Assembly (NCBI GenBank): GCA_022605425.2
Contig: JAKIMF020000005.1
Location: forward strand, 558,001 to 622,000
Length of the DNA stretch: 64,000 bases
Reading direction: 5' to 3'
Source: Hamiltosporidium tvaerminnensis FI-OER-3-3
Lineage: Eukaryota > Fungi > Microsporidia
Positions 24,703 through 35,699 of the stretch are shown here, in pieces. Under the pieces are notes generated by a model. The model did no database searches, was not told the DNA's origin, and saw only the letters and a list, made by a program, of their open reading frames with translations. Made by a program: the position numbers and the translations under genes. How positions within the stretch are numbered: the first letter of the stretch is position 1; each line of letters starts with the position of its first letter.

Positions 24703-25986
24703 TCATATGTTTTTTTCAAACGAATTTGATTTTGTCTGCTTCCATCGAGCAAGTTGAAAGAAATATTGTCTATATTTTATAACTAATCCGAGTATACAAG
24801 ATATTTTCTCTTTAAATGAAATAGCATCTGCAAATCCCGGTATATTCTGATTCACAGAAATATCAATAAGTTCATAGTTATGATTTTTGTAAGTAAACGC
24901 AATATGATATTCCATATTAAGCTGTCTGTCCCGTATAATAATATATGAAATCTCTGGAATACTTTTTTGTACTTTCTTTGATTTATTACTTTTTATAAAT
25001 GTGACTATATCAACATTAACAGACGAATAACCGAAAATATTTATAGCTTCTGTTTCTTGGTTTCGTATGATCTCATCTTGGAAGCTTGAAATATAAATCT
25101 CATAAAGATTATAATATCGTTTGCAATCGCAGATATGTACTTCTTTGACTACGATTTTAGTGTGATAATTATAATTTGGATTATTATTCGGAATTGTGTT
25201 TAATTCGTCTTTTCTTTCAAAGGATAAGTTTTTTATTGAGTCAAATATGGTGTTTGAAAATGTATAATCCAAAATGTTCTTGATTGTGGTGCTTTCGTAA
25301 TATTCATCGTTAATTTTCAAGTCATTTATAAGTAAATAATAATTTTTTTCTCGAGTATAAGTTTGTTTTAGAAGTAAACGAGATATGAAATCGTAATCCG
25401 TATTTTCGAAAAAAATCATATCAGAAAAAATTGAAACAAAGGAATAACTATTTCTATCTGATATAAATTTGTTGATAGTTTGCTTAAAAATGTTAAGATG
25501 CCAGAATATAAACCTTAAAATATGTTTTTTAATAAAGTATTCTCTAATATCCCGTGTCTTGTGATATGAATAATTACCGGGAAAAATATTTTTGTATCGA
25601 ACCTGGTAATATTTATCTTGAAATATAAACGAAAAGAAATCATCATTTGTTAAAGATATAGAATGACGGCATACTATACCACAGTCTATTTCTTTTTTAT
25701 TCACTAAGCCTACAAGTATATGTGATTCTTTTGGTTTTTTTGCAAAATTAAATTTATATATTTCATCAGCAGATTCCATATTAAAATAATCATTGCTTTC
25801 AAGAAAAATAAATTCATATGAACATATTTTATTGTATTTTTGTATTTTTTCAATATAATTTTTATGAATTTCCTTCTTTATTATGTCAATTAATGTGTCC
25901 ACATAATATCTTTTTCTTTTTTCAGGATTTTTTGTACATAAAGCTGTCACAAATATAAGAAATAAGAATTTCAAAAATTTTGCCAT
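24703..25986 (-). CDS. Secreted-type protein, 'C-TKNP' family paralogue 2
   Basis: MAKFLKFLFLIFVTALC-TKNP; same conserved blocks; 427 aa. Confidence 0.88.
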   Translation of the reverse strand: MAKFLKFLFLIFVTALCTKNPEKRKRYYVDTLIDIIKKEIHKNYIEKIQKYNKICSYEFIFLESNDYFNMESADEIYKFNFAKKPKESHILVGLVNKKEIDCGIVCRHSISLTNDDFFSFIFQDKYYQVRYKNIFPGNYSYHKTRDIREYFIKKHILRFIFWHLNIFKQTINKFISDRNSYSFVSIFSDMIFFENTDYDFISRLLLKQTYTREKNYYLLINDLKINDEYYESTTIKNILDYTFSNTIFDSIKNLSFERKDELNTIPNNNPNYNYHTKIVVKEVHICDCKRYYNLYEIYISSFQDEIIRNQETEAINIFGYSSVNVDIVTFIKSNKSKKVQKSIPEISYIIIRDRQLNMEYHIAFTYKNHNYELIDISVNQNIPGFADAISFKEKISCILGLVIKYRQYFFQLARWKQTKSNSFEKNI

Positions 25987-27119
25987 CAGATACTTATGGA
26001 AATGGTGTAAATCAATTTAAATTAAAACTTTGAGATAAAAATCTCAAAAATGATAATAAGGAAAATCACAACAAATAAAATCAAGCTAATTACCTTAATT
26101 AAGAAATAGATCTACAATTTTTTAGATTAAAAACTGTACAAGTTTTAAAAGAAATTTTAATTTATTTTGGGCGTACTGGTTTCTATATTTATACTAACAA
26201 GCTGTTTTTATTTTCTTTGTTAAATATCAGTCGTTAAATATTTTAAATGAGAATCATTTACGATTATTTTATATACCTATAGAATAGATGATCGCATAGT
26301 AGTAATTTTGGAGGTGTATTTTTCAAACGTTAATAAAAATAATTTTTATTGGTGATATCGATTTATGAACAGAATTTTCTATGATTATTACTAATTTAAC
26401 TACATTTAAATGTTTTAACTTTTTAAGTATTTTTCTTTGATATTCTAGATTAAATATATATACTAAGGCCAAAAAAAATGTGTAAGTTTAAAATCGATTT
26501 GATCTAACGTAAATTTTGATTTTATACCTGTGAAATACTTTAAATTGATTTAAATTCAAGATGATATCCTTTTCGGCTTTTTAAATAAGGTGAAACAAAA
26601 AACTTGTAGAAAAGGTGATTATTTTATGTTAAATATCAGAATCGATTTTATATGGTATTTTATGCTATAAAATAATGTTATTGGCAAAACACATGGCAGG
26701 AAACTACGAAATGAAGTCATTCGCATTTAAGATAAGAAGATTTTGTTGATTAAAGTATTTAAAACCGTACAATATAAAAGTGTAGTTGCTATAAAGACTG
26801 GAAATGAATGTTTAAACATTTGATTTATTCCTCGAAAAAAGGTCTGTATGGCATATTTTCTGAAATTTTCCAATCTATGATATCAAAACTTTTCGAAAAA
26901 CACATAAAGTTTCTTCCAAAAAGCTTCATGGGGAAATTAAAGAATCATTAAGTAATGATATGTTTCTGGAAAGTTGAGAATCTTGTAAATATTTCATAAC
27001 ATACAAAAATAAGAGAAAATACTACTATTGTAAAAAAATTATAAAAAAGTACTAATAACGAAAAAAAATGTACACTGATAAAATATTTTCAATCCAAGCG
27101 TTTTTAATCATTAGAGTAG

Positions 27120-27660
27120 TTTCTTTTTTTTGTGGCATTTCGAGTTACATGCCTTTTTCCTTTACGGCACTTGCATTTGTCAGATGTGCATCCAAGTTTG
27201 CAGTCACATCGATTATAACTTTGACACCCGTTTTGAATGATATTCTTGCACATTCTCCGAATGAAATCTCGATCTTTTGGATTTTTTCAATACAAAAAAT
27301 TGAATTACACATTGTAGCTAAGTTACTCACATTTACTTATTTCAAAATTTCATGTTTGGTGCTTAAATCAGAAAGATTGGCATCTGTTATTTCCAGAACA
27401 AATGACATAATTTTTCATTGCCTTAGTGCAATCTCTGTAGACATCGGGGGCTCAAACGCTCATCATGCCACCTATTTATCGGCAGCGTATATTAATTTGA
27501 AGACTTTAAGTATATTTCAGCTTGTTCTTAGGTTTTTTTGCGGAAATCTCCCTCATTTTTAATATGTCTGATTTTCTTTAAAATAAAAAAAAATTTCTCA
27601 AATTGCCCAATATAATTAGGAATTATTTTTATTGCCCAATTTTTCAAATTGCCTATAACA
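27120..27660 (-). mobile_element. Ginger/KRBA2-like integrase DNA transposon remnant (terminus + C-terminal Cys-rich domain)
   Basis: Frameshifted minus-strand reading PDVYR...FVLEI...STKHEILK...EISFGECAR...GCQSYNRCDCKLGCTSDKCKCRKGK/ACNSKCH; terminus TGTTATAGGCAATTTG with repeated TTGGGCAAT at 27600-27660. Confidence 0.65.
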
Positions 27661-27804
27661 GATATATCGAAAAAAAATATATCGGGTCCTTAAAAAGATC
27701 CAATTCTCTTTTTAAGCATGTGTTTAGGGTAGTGTTTAGATTCAGACACAAAATGGTAAGATTATAATCAATCGAAATTCTCAAGAATATAATCATCATC
27801 GGAA

Positions 27805-28030
27805 CTACAGCCTTTACTGCCTTCAGTAATACGGTTCAAAGTATTTTTTCAGTGAGTTTGTTTACTTTTTCGGGTTTCGTAACAAGATGGTTTTGAAGGT
27901 TGGGTCGAAGGCTCTACGCCTAATCTGGAGGATCAGTTTCTTTTAGTCGCCTCTTACAATAAGCAGCGAATATTCTAAGCCGATTCTGGCCCAGAATGGT
28001 GGAGTAACGCTAGAATATACCATAACATAA
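27805..28030 (+). mobile_element. Solo diverged copy of the R4-like element 5' leader
   Basis: Collinear with 8820-9050 (CAGTAATA, TTTGTTTAC.TTTT.GGG, GTAACAAG, CTGGA..A.CAGT, TCGCC, AAGCAG.GAATA, AAGCC). Confidence 0.65.
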
Positions 28031-28782
28031 AATTCAGAACATATCTTTTACGAATATTTCTGCTTTGGAATAAATATAAACTTTGAACGCTAAATAATTA
28101 TTTGCCTTATAAACAAGATCTACCCCTAAGAATATTATTAACATAAGACTAAATAGCACATGAAAGAACTATAATCTTACTGATATAAAAAATTACATTC
28201 GACTTTTATTAGAACCTTTGTAATAAATTACTAAGTATTTTAATTTTATTCAAATTTAAACTATATTATGCACCTTACTATACGACCCGAATCACGATAA
28301 ATATTTTCAACTCATAAAATCTAGATACTCCCCTATCCAGTTTAGCAACTTATCTCACTCAAACTAATAATATATTTCTTTAATTAAAAAAACTAAAAAA
28401 TCACGAAATATAGAACAAAGTAAATCCAACAAAAAAAGCATATATTATCAAAAATATTCTTCATACAGTCTGATTTATATAATAGTATGAATATACTCGG
28501 TAAATAGATAATAAAGTTTCAACGAGAATTAATTATTGCTGAATCTAAACCGTATCTTTTAAACAGGAATTTTAAATTTCTTTAAAAAAAACCATTATTA
28601 ACATCCAGTTTAAATATAAAATGCCAATCGCTGCCCATACAAATTTTTATATCTTTTTAAGCTAAATTAATAAAATATAAGTACCAATTTACTTCTTTTA
28701 GCCATTAATTTATATATCTTTACAACAAATATATTTAACAAATATTTTATTAAAAATCTTTATTTCTATTTTCTCCTCATAA

Positions 28783-29432
28783 AGTGGAGGGAGGATAACC
28801 ACATAAAAAACTTTCTGCTTGGCAATGAGTGTGTGAAACTGGTGTGGATCATTGTTTGGATTTTGGTGAATATAACCACTACTCTCGGTTGTTCCTGGGG
28901 TTTGTTAGGAGAGGTCTCGAAATAGATTTTCAAATTTATTTATAGTTTTATGTACCAGATTGCGACCGCAGCTGAACATGTAGGTATTGCCATGTAAAGC
29001 ATGGAACCTGCCTTGCTCACTGGGTTGAAGACTTGCGCCTGGGAGATATAAACAAAACCATTTAAGCCGGAAGCTGTAGCGGTTTACCTGTTGGTTGAAT
29101 TGCACTGTCTGGTGGACCCCTGTAAATCTCTGAAATATATCTTAGCTGAAGTTTATTGGGTTCGAGTGTGGTGTGGGAATGTGCATAGTCTTGAGCCCGG
29201 GAGGCTTGCCTTTTATCACCTCCATGCACGGACATTAACGAACTCCGGCAACTGACTCGCTATTAATTTAGTTCTACCCTGGCGATGAAGGCTTTGGGAC
29301 GTGGTATGCGGGGTTACCGATGGGTGTTGGGTGCGATTTTGTTACCTGAACTGCGTTATGTCATAAAAACAATATAACACTTGCCACTATTTTAAAAAGA
29401 TGTGATACTTTTAAATAAAGTTTTTTAAAAAG
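28783..29432 (+). mobile_element. SINE-like element copy E, full-length, 14-bp TSD
   Basis: Starts AGTGGAGGGAGGATAACCAC, ends TAAATAAAGT + short tail; direct repeat TTTTCTCCTCATAA at 28769-28782 and 29433-29446; many single-base deletions. Confidence 0.9.
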
Positions 29433-29556
29433 TTTTCTCCTCATAACATACCTATGCACTCATAAAAATATATTTTAATTCAAACAGTTATTAACTTTCC
29501 AAATATTCTTAATTCCACAAACTTAATAAACACTATAAAGACTCATCAATATACAA

Positions 29557-29700
29557 ATATAAAAATTATTTAATCCTTAAAATCAAATAGTATTACAATC
29601 TTTATATTCTAACAGTTAAATTTAGAAATATAAAATTTATTTAATCCTTAAAATCAAAAAGTATTACAATCTTTATATTCTAACAGTTGAATTTACAAAG
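29557..29700. repeat. Tandem duplication, ~70-bp unit x2
   Basis: TTATTTAATCCTTAAAATCAAA.AGTATTACAATCTTTATATTCTAACAGTT repeated. Confidence 0.8.
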
Positions 29701-29872
29701 AATAAACTCAAATTCAAAACTAAAAAACTGTTTTTTTATTTCTAAAAATATTAATATCATATGAAGGTTTAATAAATAATTTAAATATAGAAAACTACAT
29801 AAATTTTACATTCATCACCATAATTTAATATTTCCATTAAATAACTCTTACCATTGAACTCTAACCTCTAGT

Positions 29873-30045
29873 ACACCCAACCCATCTATTAAATAATATT
29901 TTTACCTATAAAACTAACTAACTACTATTCTCTACTACTTTTCACCCACCCACCCATCTATTAAATAAAATTTTTATCTTTAAAACTAACTAACTATTAT
30001 TCCTCTCACCCACCCATCTATTAAATAAATATTTTTATCTCTTAA
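29873..30045. repeat. Imperfect tandem repeat x3 in the RPB6 upstream region
   Basis: ACCCATCTATTAAATAA at ~29880, ~29952 and ~30012. Confidence 0.8.
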
Positions 30046-30073
30046 ATATATTTTATTTTCTATTCCCTTTAAT

Positions 30074-30427
30074 ATGGACAGTGAAGAATTAGAAAGTTTA
30101 CCTTCTCAAGAATCTAGTTACTTAGAAAATTCAGAACTAGAAATAATAGAAGATAAACCAACAAAAACATCAAATATATCACCACAAAGTAGAATTACAT
30201 CACCTATAATGACAAAATTTGAACGTGCACATGTATTAGGTGTGCGTGCTCTACAACTTAGTATGGGTGCATCACCAATGGTTGACATTGAATTTGAGAC
30301 AAGTCCACTTAAAATAGCGATAAAAGAATTAAAAGTTAAAATGATACCTTTTATTGTTCGAAGAAAGTTACCAGACGGTAGTTATGAAGACTGGTCTATC
30401 AGAGAAATGTATGTCAATGAATTTTAG
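30074..30427 (+). CDS. RPB6: RNA polymerases I/II/III shared subunit RPABC2
   Basis: [27 protein letters not shown]...PLKIAIKEL...[17 protein letters not shown]. Confidence 0.97.
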   Translation: MDSEELESLPSQESSYLENSELEIIEDKPTKTSNISPQSRITSPIMTKFERAHVLGVRALQLSMGASPMVDIEFETSPLKIAIKELKVKMIPFIVRRKLPDGSYEDWSIREMYVNEF

Positions 30428-30586
30428 TTTTATACGTTGGTACTTTTGCTAAGTATATCAGAGAAATGTATGTCAATGAATTTTAGTTTTATACGTTGGT
30501 ACTTTTGCTACAGTTAGTATATCAGAGAAATGTATGTCAATGAATTTTAGTTTTATACCTTGGTACTTTTGGTTATCAGAGAAATG
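30397..30586 (+). repeat. Tandem repeats (~59-64 bp, 3 full + 1 partial) of the RPB6 3' end including the stop codon
   Basis: TATCAGAGAAATGTATGTCAATGAATTTTAG... at 30397, 30456, 30520 and partially at 30574. Confidence 0.9.
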
Positions 30587-30949
30587 AGTTTAAGAATATA
30601 ATTTATTGTAACGTAGTATAGTTAGTATATTGATTTGTCAGATAAATAATATTTTGGTTTTTATTTTATGGTGGTGTTTGGTTTAATGGTGGTGTTTGGT
30701 TTAATGGTTGGTTTGTTACAATAAATATTTTTAAAAATTTATTTAAAAAAAATAATTTTTTTAAAATTATCAAATTTTTAATTCAATTCAAAATAATTTA
30801 TTTTTTATTTAAAAAAATAATTTTAATAATAAAAAAGACAAATTTTTAATTCTATTGAATCTAATTTATCTTTATTTAAAAAAATAATTTTAAAAATAAT
30901 ATTATATTGATTTTAATTGCTAAAAGTTTTATTATTTTATTATTTCTAT

Positions 30950-31147
30950 TTACGGTGTGACAGCAGGATGATAATGTGCCATATAAGTAACAGCCCATGC
31001 AAGATAAGCAGATCCAATAACACCTGTTCCTGCTATACGTATAACATCTCTATCTTTCTTTTTTGTTAAATTTGCTACTTTAAATACTAAAAATACAAGA
31101 ATAAACATAAATATTGTTACTGCTATAAATGTAGATGTAAAACTCAT
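30950..31147 (-). CDS. VMA9: V-type ATPase V0 subunit e
   Basis: 65 aa, two TM segments, DRDVIR...YLAWAVTYMAHYHP (cf. YLMWAITYLAQLHP); CCCTT before ATG. Confidence 0.85.
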   Translation of the reverse strand: MSFTSTFIAVTIFMFILVFLVFKVANLTKKKDRDVIRIAGTGVIGSAYLAWAVTYMAHYHPAVTP

Positions 31148-31382
31148 ATAATTGAAGGGTTTATTCTTTTTAAAAATAAATAGAATTTTTTATTTTTTTA
31201 TTTGGAATTAAAAGTGGTTAGTTAGACAATCTTTTTAATATTTTATTTTATTTTAGTAATAATTTGTAATTTAATATTTTATTTTAGTAATAATTTGTAA
31301 TTTAATATTCTTTTTCTATTCTCTTCTAAAATTATTTCTACTTACATTATTTTTTTTCTTTTCTTCTATAATTATTTATATT

Positions 31383-31532
31383 TAAAATTTCTCTTTTCTA
31401 AAATAATATTTTTATTTCTATTGAAAGTTCTTCTCTAAAAAAATTATTTATATTAAAATTTCTCTTCACTAAAATAATATTTATATTTCTATTGAAAGTT
31501 CTTCTCTAAAAAAATTATTTTTATTAAAATTT
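31383..31532. repeat. Tandem duplication (~70 bp x2) in the divergent VMA9/RPL26 promoter
   Basis: AAAATTTCTCTT..CTAAAATAATATTT.TATTTCTATTGAAAGTTCTTCTCTAAAAAAATTATTT repeated. Confidence 0.8.
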
Positions 31533-31610
31533 CTAAAATACTTCTAAAAATTTGTCCCTTCTAATACTTACAAATCACCTTTTTAAAATTTCCTATTTTT
31601 TAAACCCTCA

Positions 31611-32033
31611 ATGAAATTCAACAAACAAGTTTCTTCTTCAAGAAGAAAAAACAGAAAAAGACATTTCAATGCTTCTGAAGAAGACCGTACAAAAACAATG
31701 AAATGTACACTTTCTAAAGAACTACGTTCTTTATACGGTATGAGAGCATTACCTATATGTGTAAATGACACTGTAGAAGTAATGAGAGGACAATTTAAAA
31801 ATATAAAAGGACGTGTAGTAGAAGTAATATATAAGACATATAAGGTGCATGTTGAGTCTTGTGAAGTTACTAAGAAAAGCGGACAGAAAGTTTTTATGCC
31901 TATTTATTATTCTAACCTACGTATACACAAACTACATATTGATGAGGAACGAATGAGTTATATTAATCGTATGGTACAGAGTAAGAAGAAGGTGGTTGAA
32001 ATTACAAGTGATACACGATTAGAAGTTCAATAA
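31611..32033 (+). CDS. RPL26: 60S ribosomal protein L26 (uL24)
   Basis: MKFNKQVSSSRRKNRKRHFNA...LSKELR..YG.RALPI...D.VEVMRGQFK KOW motif. Confidence 0.97.
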   Translation: MKFNKQVSSSRRKNRKRHFNASEEDRTKTMKCTLSKELRSLYGMRALPICVNDTVEVMRGQFKNIKGRVVEVIYKTYKVHVESCEVTKKSGQKVFMPIYYSNLRIHKLHIDEERMSYINRMVQSKKKVVEITSDTRLEVQ

Positions 32034-32184
32034 ACTTTTATTTAAGGATTTTATTTTAAATTTTCTATGTTATATCATATTTGAGGGAGCCAATACATTT
32101 ATATTGAGGGAGTAAGTACATTACTTTTTCAGAGTAAATATTTTTTTTTGTTATATTAAGTAATAATTGGTTAAAGGTTTAAAA

Positions 32185-35100
32185 AAAATTCTGGGTTAAA
32201 ACATTTTTTACCGTTTTTATATGTTTTCTTCCACCTCTTTTACCACAGTTGTTTCTTCTTCCAAATCCGACTCTTCAGTTATGTTATTGGTCGGTTCCTC
32301 TAACGGGCGTTTCTCCTTGTGAAATATGGGGTGTATTATTTTTGCTATCAAATTTTTTTCACCATCTTCCTCTCTCTTCGCTTCTTTTAAAGAGAGTGTT
32401 AGTTCCTCGTGCATCTCATCTCTCTTAATAACACCCATTAAAACACTCAGCCGGATCTGTTCGGCATTAGGTTCCGACTCAAGTTCTCTTTTTCGATCGT
32501 TGGAAATTGTTTCGACCGTCTTCTTAAGTACTATAGACTGAATGTATGCCTCCATATTCAAGGGTATTTCTAGTTTTTTAAGCTGAGATTTATGATATTT
32601 CGTCAAATACCGTCCCAGGTCATCACATAAGGGATTATCTCAACACTACACTTATAAATAAGACCCAACTCATTGGCTAGCAGGTCATACTTCCTAAGTT
32701 TTTCAGTTTCAACTATTTGAAGTGAATCTTGGGAAGTGATTCCTACTTCAATGAGTGTTATTTTATTCCTCCTATTATCTAAAATATATATCTCAGGTTC
32801 ATTACACTGAATTTTAACATCAGTTTTTATTCTGGTGTCCACTTTTATCTCTACATACTCATTATTAAGAGTTTCTTGAACTGAGTGACTCCTAATTCGT
32901 TTTAAAGACTTAAACTTATATCTATTCAAGAGAAATAAAAGTAGACATCTAACCACTTCATTATGCCGTCTAGTGTAATCATGGCCTAGCATTTTTTCAC
33001 ATCTAGTTGCTAGATGATCTACAGTCTTACCAGACTTCCCGCAATGTTGACACACACCATCTGCACCCCAGAATACATTTCTATCCTGGATATAGCAGAA
33101 CACAGTTCCATTTCGTGGCCTAATATTTCATTTCTTTAACCATCTTGAAGAGTTACTAACACTCACAAGCTCATTTTTTCTTGCATTACATAACTTTGAA
33201 TGGTGTTTTCGTTTTTCTATTTCGTTATATAGTTTTGCAAGTTGTGCTTCTTCTAAACATTTCTTAGTGACTTCTTCTACCAACCTGTACTTTACTTTTA
33301 AGAAGCCTTTTATTAGTGCCAGATGGGGTTTATTACTATTCTCCACCTTGAGGATTGCTGCTCGTCTAGTTGATATTTCTTTACTTTTTCCAGACAATCC
33401 AAGAGTTGCAGAAGCATATGTTCGCTTCGCAACTCAACACTATGTGGCCTCTCCAGTTCTGTTCTAGGAAGAACAACGCTCTTTCTCCTGGGCGGTGTGT
33501 TCTTTTTCACCCGCACACTGCATTCTACTTAAGAAGTCCGCCGGTTGTCGAGTACTCTTTGTGATAGTTGATTAAGATTCGCATGTTGATTGATTGGAAA
33601 AATTTTTGAATTTAATCTATGTGATGTCTTCTATCTTGTTAGTTCGCATCGTACTTCAAGGCTGCGTGTTGGATTCCTCTGCTTTTCTTTATTCCTAATA
33701 TTTGTAACACCACACCTTCTGAGGTGGTATCTTCACGTATTTTGTGGCTGACTTCTTTGTTAATCTCTGCATCCCTCTAAAATTCCTTTGCCTCGCCTGT
33801 CTGTCATGTGGGCTGTTTTTGAGGAGCTTAGATATCATAACGGATGTTGTGGTGATTCTGCATCTGTTTGTACTGTCTTTTGTGTATTTTTCATTAAGTT
33901 TTCGCTTATGGATCCTCACACAATAACAATGGTGACACTATTCCTGGACCCTCTGTTTCTTGTTGATTTTTCAGGCCTACTGATATATATTTTCCATTTT
34001 GATATAATTACGTTATATGTTGAATATTATCGGTAATTGGTTTTTAATACATTAGGTAGAGAAATATTGAATTATAGCTTTTTAACATCATCCTGTTGCC
34101 TTTGATTGTTTCCGTAGTTTTATTCCGGAATATTCGTGGCCTGCTCTTTCGCTCCCTGCCACCTCTACTGCTCCCGCTGTTCTTGGCACACTCGCCTTTC
34201 CCTTCAATTGAACGACTTCGTTGCACACTTTGTCGTTAACTTTAGAGGTTGGACATACAGTGATTGGCCTGTGTCGGCTCTTCGTGGATTCCTTTCGGTA
34301 TAATACGTAGCCCGCAGTAAACCAATCGCTTGGGTGTTCCTTCTAAACATATACTTTTACTATATCATAGATATTTGTGGGATGTGTTCTTATGAAAATT
34401 GTAATACCATCATTCGCGCTTCTATTGGGAGCCAATTAATGATATTTACAATTCATCAGTAGAAACTTGGTCGGATGCTTATCTATACAATTTAATCAAT
34501 AATATCATCGTGACTGGTCATCATTTTTGTTCCCATTGTGACCAAACTCACATTTCATACGGCTACCCTGCTCGTTCCCACGATCGATACCCCGATAGTT
34601 CTTTACTCAACATCGATCGCCTTTCTGATCGCTCCTCTTCTGATCGTATTTTTTTCGTAACATTCAACACTCATTTCTCTACAAGCCTCGGATGTCCTGC
34701 TCGTTTAATTAACCTGTGTTTTTTAGGTCTTCGTTTCGTGGTTTTCTGCTTTGGCCTTCTCGAAGATCTTTGGAAGTACTACTTGATTTTCTTGTTCCTT
34801 CCGCGGATCAGGTTTTTTTGTGTTGCCTCGTTGTCTGGGCTGCCTGTTTATGGCGTGCATCACTAATTCTTGGCACTGAATTCGATACCGATATTCGATA
34901 CGGTCCAAACTTTACTGTCACCATTCCTTGATGCTTTGTTCGACCACCACTTTTATTCCGATTTCTTTGATTTTATTAAAATTTATCTCTGGTTTTGTAC
35001 TCGTGGTGTCGTGGTGTGGCTCTTGAGACAGTGGGATTTCTGCTCTCTCTTTTGCCTTTTTTTTTGCTCTTCTGTGGGTTTTTTAAACGCATCGATTCTT

Positions 35101-35605
35101 GTGGCCATTTTTTGTACCTGGTTGGCCGCTTTTTAGGATTTCAACCTTTTGACTGTGAATGTGATCTGGCCATTTGTTCGGTGTGACGAGTCAGTTTTGT
35201 ACCATCGTCGATCCTTCTGGATAGCGGTGCATTTCTGTTTTCCATTGTGTTGGCTGGTCTACGCGAGAATCGGGACGGGGGGGTGCGATCGGCGGCTGAC
35301 TGGTAACCTGAACGTGTGTCGATGTGGGTGTTTATGGATGGTCGGTTGTGGTGGGTGTCTGGTTGTACCACTCTCCACGTTTGTTCTTTTAACTATTTCG
35401 TTGTTTGTTTTATTTTTCATTTTTATATTTTTGTGTACTTTTTTCTTCTACCCATAAAGACGTTTATAATTATTGATTTTAAATAGAATTCGGGCTTAGC
35501 CTACACTCACTCTTTATCCCCCTTTACCAACCCAAACGTACATCCGCCTAAAGGGATGGTGGGGCATACTGGGGGTAAGGCTTGTGCAGGCTGTGTGCCA
35601 GGCGA
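32185..35605 (-). mobile_element. Near full-length (~3.4 kb) R4/Dong-like RLE non-LTR retrotransposon, frameshifted
   Basis: 5' GC-richer leader (35460-35605), RT remnants (RPITCMSNL region ~34240-34270), CCHC knuckle, RHN and RLE motifs (32603-33103), acidic tail, 3' UTR matching 10061-10100. Confidence 0.88.
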
Positions 35606-35699
35606 ATGAATGGAATAGATTCTAATTCAGAATCGACAATTTGACATAAGTTTTAAAATAGGGGGATTTATTCGAATCAGACATGGATGTATTTTATTT

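Noticed and set aside
27068-27562. 164-aa plus-strand ORF
   Set aside because: Antisense to the Ginger-like remnant; no recognisable features
28783-29432. Solo LTR interpretation of the 730-nt element
   Set aside because: No TG...CA termini, and TSDs are 10-14 bp and variable rather than a fixed 4-6 bp
30397-30586. CRISPR-like array
   Set aside because: Eukaryotic context; units are near-contiguous duplications of the RPB6 3' end without unique spacers; no cas genes
35565-35605. Resemblance of the LINE 5' end (GCCTGGCAC...GCCT...CCCAGTA) to the 7SL/Alu start
   Set aside because: Only loose similarity in an error-rich segment; no SRP S-domain motif found
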